64,000 nt of DNA from Lama glama. Taxonomy: Eukaryota. This document shows positions 49,926 to 64,000 of this stretch, one piece after another. The stretch covers positions 68,014,001-68,078,000 of the forward strand of contig CM052841.1 of the NCBI GenBank assembly GCA_028534125.1, in the 5' to 3' direction. The notes below the pieces were generated by a model, which ran no database searches, was not told the DNA's origin, and saw only the letters and a program-made list of their open reading frames with translations. A program made the position numbers and the translations under genes. Numbering within the stretch: the stretch's first letter is position 1; each line of letters opens with the position of its first letter.

Positions 49926-50280
49926 TGGGGTCTATGCCACAAGGCCCAGGGCCCCTGGGCTTCTCTGGACACTGTGCCTGGCAGTGCCTGGCCCTCGCTG
50001 CTCAGGACACTTGCTGATGAATAAACAGTCATCACTTGCGAGTGAGCAGGACTGTGTGAGTTACGGAGCAGGAGGATGTCCCTGGTGCTAGGGCCGCCCC
50101 CCCCAAGCAGGGAACTCAGGGGCCAGGTGTGGGGTTTGCATGAGCTGGGTTCCTCCTGGCAGCCTGGGCAGGGCTGAGTTGAACTCCCAGGAGGTGTCAG
50201 GACACCTGTGCCACTCAGTGTTGCCTCAAGTGGGGCCTCTCCACCAGAGCTGTGCAGCCGTGGGCACGATGTCCAGGACC

Positions 50281-50293
50281 TGACCTTTGACCT
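50281..50293 (-). promoter_or_regulatory. MAMDC4: Perfect DR1 nuclear-receptor element upstream of MAMDC4
   Basis: TGACCTTTGACCT, i.e. AGGTCA-A-AGGTCA on the minus strand, about 250 bp upstream of the ATG. Confidence 0.75.
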
Positions 50294-50538
50294 AAAGGAG
50301 CCAGGCAGGTGGGAGCCTACCTGGGCCGGGGCCCCCTCTGGAGGCGTTTACAGCTGGATGTTCACCCTCGTGGGCACAGGGTGGGGCTGGGCCAGGGGCC
50401 GCAGGGACGGAAAGGGGCTGAGCCTCGCTCTCCAGTTAGAGCAGTCGGCCTGTGGGGCCCCAGGCCCATAACCAGGCTAAGTCCCTGCGAGGCTGGCCGG
50501 CATCCACACTGCCTCTCGGCATCCACAGATGCCTGACC

Positions 50539-58727
<8,189 letters not shown>

Positions 58728-59850
58728 CGCCCTGGCCCACGAGGGATGCCCTGCTGGCCAGCAGGGTCGAGGTTTGTGTGTCCTACTCTGCCCATCAGCA
58801 GGAAGGGGGGATCCTCAGACTCAACCCAACCTGCCCCAGAGGATGCGCATGGGGGCGCCTCCTGCGTGTCTCAGTGACTTAGTTGACAGGAAACAGGCCG
58901 CGTGATACAGGGCCAGGGGCTACAGACACTAGGAGGCCGATGCAGTGGGACCCTGAGAAGCCGCTGCCCCAGGCCAGGCAAGCCCCAGCCCAACCTTGTG
59001 GGAATCTGACCCAGGGCCCATCCGAGCCCCTGCCTCGCTATGCGATTCTGCATGATTTAGGACAGAGGGAAACCCCCACGGGTGCAGGCGATGGGCTGAT
59101 GAACAAGTCCAAGGTGGGGAAGTGCCCTGATGTGTCCACTGTCCCATAGTAAGTGTTCCCCTGTCCAGAGCCCCAGAGGTTCCCATGTTCACCCTTCCAT
59201 CATCAAGATCCCCATGTCCAACATCTCACAGTAAGGGTTTAAGCTGTCCCCAGAATCTGTCTCAAAGCAGAGGTCACTAAGTGTCCCCATGATGCCCCTG
59301 AGCAGGTCACTGGTAGGCAAAGCTGAGGTTCCTGCCCTCCTGGCTTCCCAGGGCCTGAGGACAAAGGTGACCCCCTAGACGTGTCTCAAGGTCCCCACCC
59401 ACACGCCAGCCTCTAATAAAATGGAGCCCCGAGTCTTTCTAACCCAGAGAAGGTCCCAGGCTCTGACCTTCCGTGCCGGAGTTTCAGACACACCCTGCCT
59501 GGGTCTGGAAGGCTCTATGGGGAATGGCTGTCCTGGGGGAGAGTGGCGGCCCATGGCTAGGTGCCCCCTCCAGCCCGGGGGATCCACCTTGGCACTACGG
59601 CCCCTGGGTTCTGCAGGGGAGAACAGGGGCCTGGTGCCAAGAGGCTGACCTTCGCCCACTAACGGTCCCTGCAGACGGGACGAGGACCAGAGCCCGCACA
59701 GAGCCCTTCACACCCCTCGGCCCTCCACCTGCCATGGCATCTCATGGTATCAGCCCTTCGGCACGCTGTGGGCCAAAGGCGGGGGTGCTAAAGGTGCGAC
59801 AGAAGAGACTGGACAGCACGACGCGCCACCAGCAGGAAGGGCGACAAACG

Positions 59851-59856
59851 TTTATT
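59851..59856 (-). terminator. EDF1: EDF1 polyadenylation signal
   Basis: TTTATT on plus, i.e. AATAAA on minus, about 365 nt past the EDF1 stop. Confidence 0.75.
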
Positions 59857-60220
59857 CGTTTCTCTAAGGGCCGGGCTGGAGACACAGCTCCTCTCCCAGA
59901 CGGCCAGGCCGCCCGCCCCCGGTGAGGCGGTCCCCCTCAGGGCTCCCCGGGAGCCACGCGCAGCTGGGCAGACACGGGGGAGAGGAAGGTGGCGCTCCGC
60001 ACCCCATTTGAGGGACGGGGGCAGGGAGGAAAAAACCAGGAGAAGCAAACACTTTGCAAAGTTTTGTTTGTTAGTCTGACAGCAGGTTTGGGGAGGGGTC
60101 CCGGGCAGGGCTGACGCCCTGCGTTCCACTTGGCCACGTGGAGAGACCCGCGCCGGCGGTGGCGGTCAGGGAACCAGCCAGGCGAGGTCAGTCGGACACA
60201 CTGACTTCGAGGCTTTGTGT

Positions 60221-63200
60221 TCATTTCGCCCTTGGCCCCTTCTCGATGGGCTTCCCGACGTCCTTCCCCCGGAGCTTGAGGCCTGAAAGACCAGCAGCCC
60301 ACTGAGCGCCGCGACGCCCACTCGCGTTTTGAGGACCCCAGCCACAGCCCCGGGGGCGGCAGCAGGCACCCTCACCACCTCTGAGCGCCAGCTCCCTGCC
60401 TCCTTTGAGGGGGGGTGGGGGCAGGGCAGGAGGGGCAGGGAGGAATACGCCCCACTCTGCCCCCACTGGGCCCTCAGCCCCCACACACCTATTCTTCACG
60501 TTGAGTTTTTAAGAGCACGTGCCTCCCCATCCTTGAGGTGAGAGGGGAAACCCCTTCCCAGAACCAGGCCTCCTTGCTCGGGGAGACTGGGGGCATGGGA
60601 AGCGAAATGTGACCGCGGCCAGTACCCGAGAGTGCGAGCCTGCGGCGCAGAGAATGGGGAAAGAGCCCACACACTACTCACTTGTGAGAGTTTTCTTAAG
60701 TTTCTGGAGAATTCTGGGGCCCAGGGGCCTTCCTGTGCCTGTCCTCACCAGCCCCACCCAGGTCAGCGTGCCTGGCCAGCGAAGGCCGGCAGGGCACTCA
60801 CCGATGGCTCTCTCGATCTTGCCCAGGACCTGATTGTTAGGGATGGCCCGGCCGCTCTCATAGTCCGCGATGACCTGCGGCTTCTCGTTGATTTTCTAAA
60901 GAGAACATGTACTTTGCACATTTCAGTTCAAAGAGATGCTGGGAGGCCCAGACATACCCAGGTGGGACGCCTTGGACACCGCGTTCCTGCGCTGACAGCA
61001 GCTCTCGGAGGCTTAGGGTCTCAGAACCACGACACATGCAAGAGGAAGTTACAGCTAACACCCGTGGCTTCCCCAGAGCCTTCAGGGCCCCCGGAAGCCC
61101 CCTAAGTCCCCAGAGGAGCAGGGCTCGCGCCTCGGGTGCCTTCTGAAGGCCGTCCTCCCGCCTGCTTGATCCTGGGTCAGGGGGCCGCACGCTCACCGTC
61201 GCCAGGTCTTTCTGGGTCAGCCCCTTGCTCTGCCGGCCCTGCTGGATCACCTTGCCCACCTCCAGGGTCACCCGGTCGTGGTGCAGCTCCTCCGTCTCCC
61301 GATCCAGCTTGGCCGTGTTCTTGGTGATCGAATGCTGTTTGTTCTGGCCAGCGGCCCCTGGACCAGCATGAGGCAAAACCAGAGGAGAGGGTTTGTAACA
61401 AACCCGATCAAGAGCCACTGCAGACGAGGAACCAGGCCCAGCAGGTGCCCATACCCAGGGTGACAAGCTGAGCCACTGCAGACAGGGAGCACCCAGGGAG
61501 ACAAGCTGAGCCAGGCCACCCTGTATCAGCACCTTCACAGACCTAAGAATGTGGAGTCCAGAATTTCCTCCTAGTCTCGGGAAGTCCCCCCAACCTATGC
61601 CAACCACAGCTGCTCCGATGAGATCCAAGACACCTCCCAGCTCTGCAGCGGCCTCAGCTGCCAGCGGCCGTCCTGACACCCCTGGGGGCGCCAAGCAGGC
61701 ACCTGCAGATATGAGCCCCAGCGGTATCCCCGGCTCTGCGAGTGGAAACACAAGTACCTACATTTCTTGGACGTCTCCACATCTTCTCCTCGTCTCTGAG
61801 CCGCTAAGATGGCCTAGGAAATTAGGAGATTTTTTTGGTCAAAATTAGCTTTGGTAGTACCTGGCAAATGCCAATCCAGGCTGCTGTCAGTCAGTCAGCA
61901 CACTGCTAATGCCTCATGTTTTGTGAGCCCAGGCAGTCAGGCTCGGAGCTCATCCCCTTAAGCGCTGAGGTACCTGGGGCTTTTTCAAGGACTGACAAGC
62001 AACACTGGGTTTAGACCAAAGCTTGCTATATAAATCCCTGTACAACCAAATAACCAGGCAACTCTCAATAAACTGCTGCTAAGGGAAACAAAGAGCTCCC
62101 CTCTGCTGTTGAGAAAGACGTGCTAATAGATTCCTTTTAGAAACCCACACTTGAAATAGATTTGTATCTCTACTAGACTCCACTGCAAAAACAGGAAGGA
62201 ACATCGAGTGAGGACCTGGTTGGGCCTTCCTCAGTCATTCCGGCTCATAATAAAAGATGGCGCATCGCACAACACCTGCAAGCCCCACCCCAAACATCAC
62301 CAAAGACAGTGATACCCCTCCATCCACAGTTGCCGAATGTTAACGCAACGCATTTCCTGAAGCTTCTGATACCTCCGCAAAGTTACTGTGGGATGTTTTG
62401 TTCTAAGTATCACATGTTCACAGGTGCTTTCTAGAACTGTTCACGACTCCTAGCTTGTGGCTATTAAGTTTTCTTCGGGAAAGAAAAAAAAAGGAGAGTG
62501 AATTTGGTTTTGACCAATTGCTAAGTCCAGGGCAGGTCAATGAATGCTGGTCACCAGGGCTGAAGCTAGTCATGGCCCAGAAGTGTCTCGGGCTGACCCA
62601 ACGCGGCCTAAGAGAAGAAACAAGCAGAGGTCCCTCATGACTGAACTGCCCTTCACCCCCTTACACTGACTCACAGATGAACCTTGGATGGGTTAGCCAG
62701 ACCGGGAACCCTCTGTCCCAAGTACCTCTCAGTGCATGCTGGCTACCCTTGCGAGATGGGAACACAAGGTCCACCTGCCTGCTGCGTCTCTAGGCCACCC
62801 CAGCCTAGGCCAAGGGCTCCCGACAGCCAGCAGCGTGCCACATCGGACTCCCAGGCACCCCGCAAAGGGAGTAAGAAGGCCCTGGGGCAGGGTGCCGGCC
62901 AACACTGCCCCTGTCCTATCCCTTCTCTGGCCCCACCACGGATCTCCGCCCCGAGGTCCTCCCCTGCCAAAGTCGCCCCGCTTCCCCTCCCTTCCCAATG
63001 TCCCTGTCCCCACTAAGAGGTCGAGGGCCTCAAGGGCCTCGGGACCCTGCCTGGTATCATTAGCCCGAAGACCGCCTCGACCCTTCCACCAGCTCGGGCC
63101 CCCTCTCCCACCGCTGCCCCGGCCCCCGCCCCTGGCGCCTCTCCGCTCCCGTCCCGGTCCTCGACTCCGGTCCCCGGCCCCGCGTCAGCCCCGCCCGCCC

Positions 63201-63317
63201 TGCCGCTCCTGGGTCCCGAGGCCCGCGCTGCACCCGCACCTGCTTGGACTTGGCCTGGGCGGCTGTGGGGCCCTTTTTGCGAAGCACCGTCACCGTGTCC
63301 CAGTCACTCTCAGCCAT
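60221..63317 (-). CDS. EDF1: Endothelial differentiation-related factor 1 (MBF1), 148 aa
   Basis: Minus-strand exons 63317-63240, 61813-61762, 61357-61197, 60895-60802, 60282-60221 (447 nt). [35 protein letters not shown]...; HTH region [29 protein letters not shown]; ends EKGPRAK*. Confidence 0.97.
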
Positions 63318-63600
63318 GGCGGGCAGGCGGGGCAGGCGGGGCAGGCGGGGCGGGCGGTCCGACCGGCGGCTCCGAGGCAGCTGCTCGAGACCCGGCGACG
63401 CGACGTCCCCTCGTAGCTCGGGCGCTTCCGGCGTCAGAGCCGACCCGCCCCCTCAGCCCATTGGCCGGCGGTACGGGGGCGGGCACTTCCCGCGGCTCGG
63501 ACCAATCCACGCTCGGCTCGTCCGAGGGAACGCCGCGGGTGCGCGACGTGGGGCGGGAGACGTCGGGGCTAGGGCACGCGGCCACTAGGGGGCGCTGAAG
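63318..63600 (-). promoter_or_regulatory. EDF1: EDF1 CpG-island promoter and 5' UTR
   Basis: ETS plus half-CRE CTTCCGGCGTCA 63425-63436; ATTGG 63460-63464; E2F-like TTCCCGC 63487-63493; CCAAT 63502-63506; 10-bp GCGGGGCAGG repeats at 63318-63357. Confidence 0.85.
63579..63597 (+). promoter_or_regulatory. CTCF consensus site
   Basis: CGGCCACTAGGGGGCGCTG matches the CTCF core CCAC(C/T)AG(G/A)(G/T)GGCGC. Confidence 0.75.
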
Positions 63601-63640
63601 GGGCGCTGGGGTGCAGGCGGGGGATTTCGGGGAACTGGGC

Positions 63641-63741
63641 GGTGCTGAGGGGGACGGGGGGCCTGGGGGGGACGAGGGTACTGAGGGGGGCGGGGGGCCT
63701 GGGGGGACGAGGGTACTGAGGGGGCGAAGGGGGGACGGGGG
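63641..63741 (+). repeat. G-rich minisatellite (unit about 35 bp) running into a gap
   Basis: About 2.5 copies of GGTACTGAGGGGG(G)CGGGGGGCCTGGGGGGACGAG. Confidence 0.8.
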
Positions 63742-63841
63742 NNNNNNNNNNNNNNNNNNNNNNNNNNNNNNNNNNNNNNNNNNNNNNNNNNNNNNNNNNN
63801 NNNNNNNNNNNNNNNNNNNNNNNNNNNNNNNNNNNNNNNNN
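63742..63841. other. 100-N assembly gap
   Basis: Run of 100 N. Confidence 0.99.
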
Positions 63842-64000
63842 GTGGGGATTCCGCTGGCGGAGAGGTGAGAGGACGTGGGGGTGGGAGCAGGGGAACTCGG
63901 TTGTGGGGGCAGCGCAGCGCGGGAAGGCCCTCCTAACGAAGTGGGGGCTCAGGACGTGGGGAGGGGTACTGGGAGGGGAAGGAGGAATTCGAGTAGGGGG

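Overview
GC-rich mammalian genomic DNA, syntenic by gene order to human 9q34.3 and probably from a camelid (inferred from a tRNA-derived SINE resembling Vic-1). Seven protein-coding genes were reconstructed exon by exon with GT-AG junctions and consistent phase, and all are intact: TMEM141 (+, 5 exons, 108 aa), CCDC183 (+, 14 exons, 534 aa), RABL6 (+, 15 exons, 718 aa), AJM1 (+, one coding exon, 975 aa), PHPT1 (+, 3 exons, 125 aa), MAMDC4 (+, 29 exons, 1217 aa) and EDF1 (-, 5 exons, 148 aa). Between them lie a solo ERV LTR with a 4-bp TSD, a SINE with an 8-bp TSD, old L1/L2/MIR/MLT relics and two N gaps, one a false gap flanked by a 199-bp exact overlap. No wholly new gene system is evident; most long ORFs in the track are GC-rich artefacts. 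The best leads are regulatory: a spliced uORF with a hairpin intron in the AJM1 leader, two strong-context uORFs in RABL6, a candidate antisense unit over CCDC183, an in-frame TMEM141-CCDC183 read-through junction, unusual splice sites, a perfect DR1 at MAMDC4 and a consensus CTCF site at EDF1. Comparisons with human proteins are from memory, not from a search.
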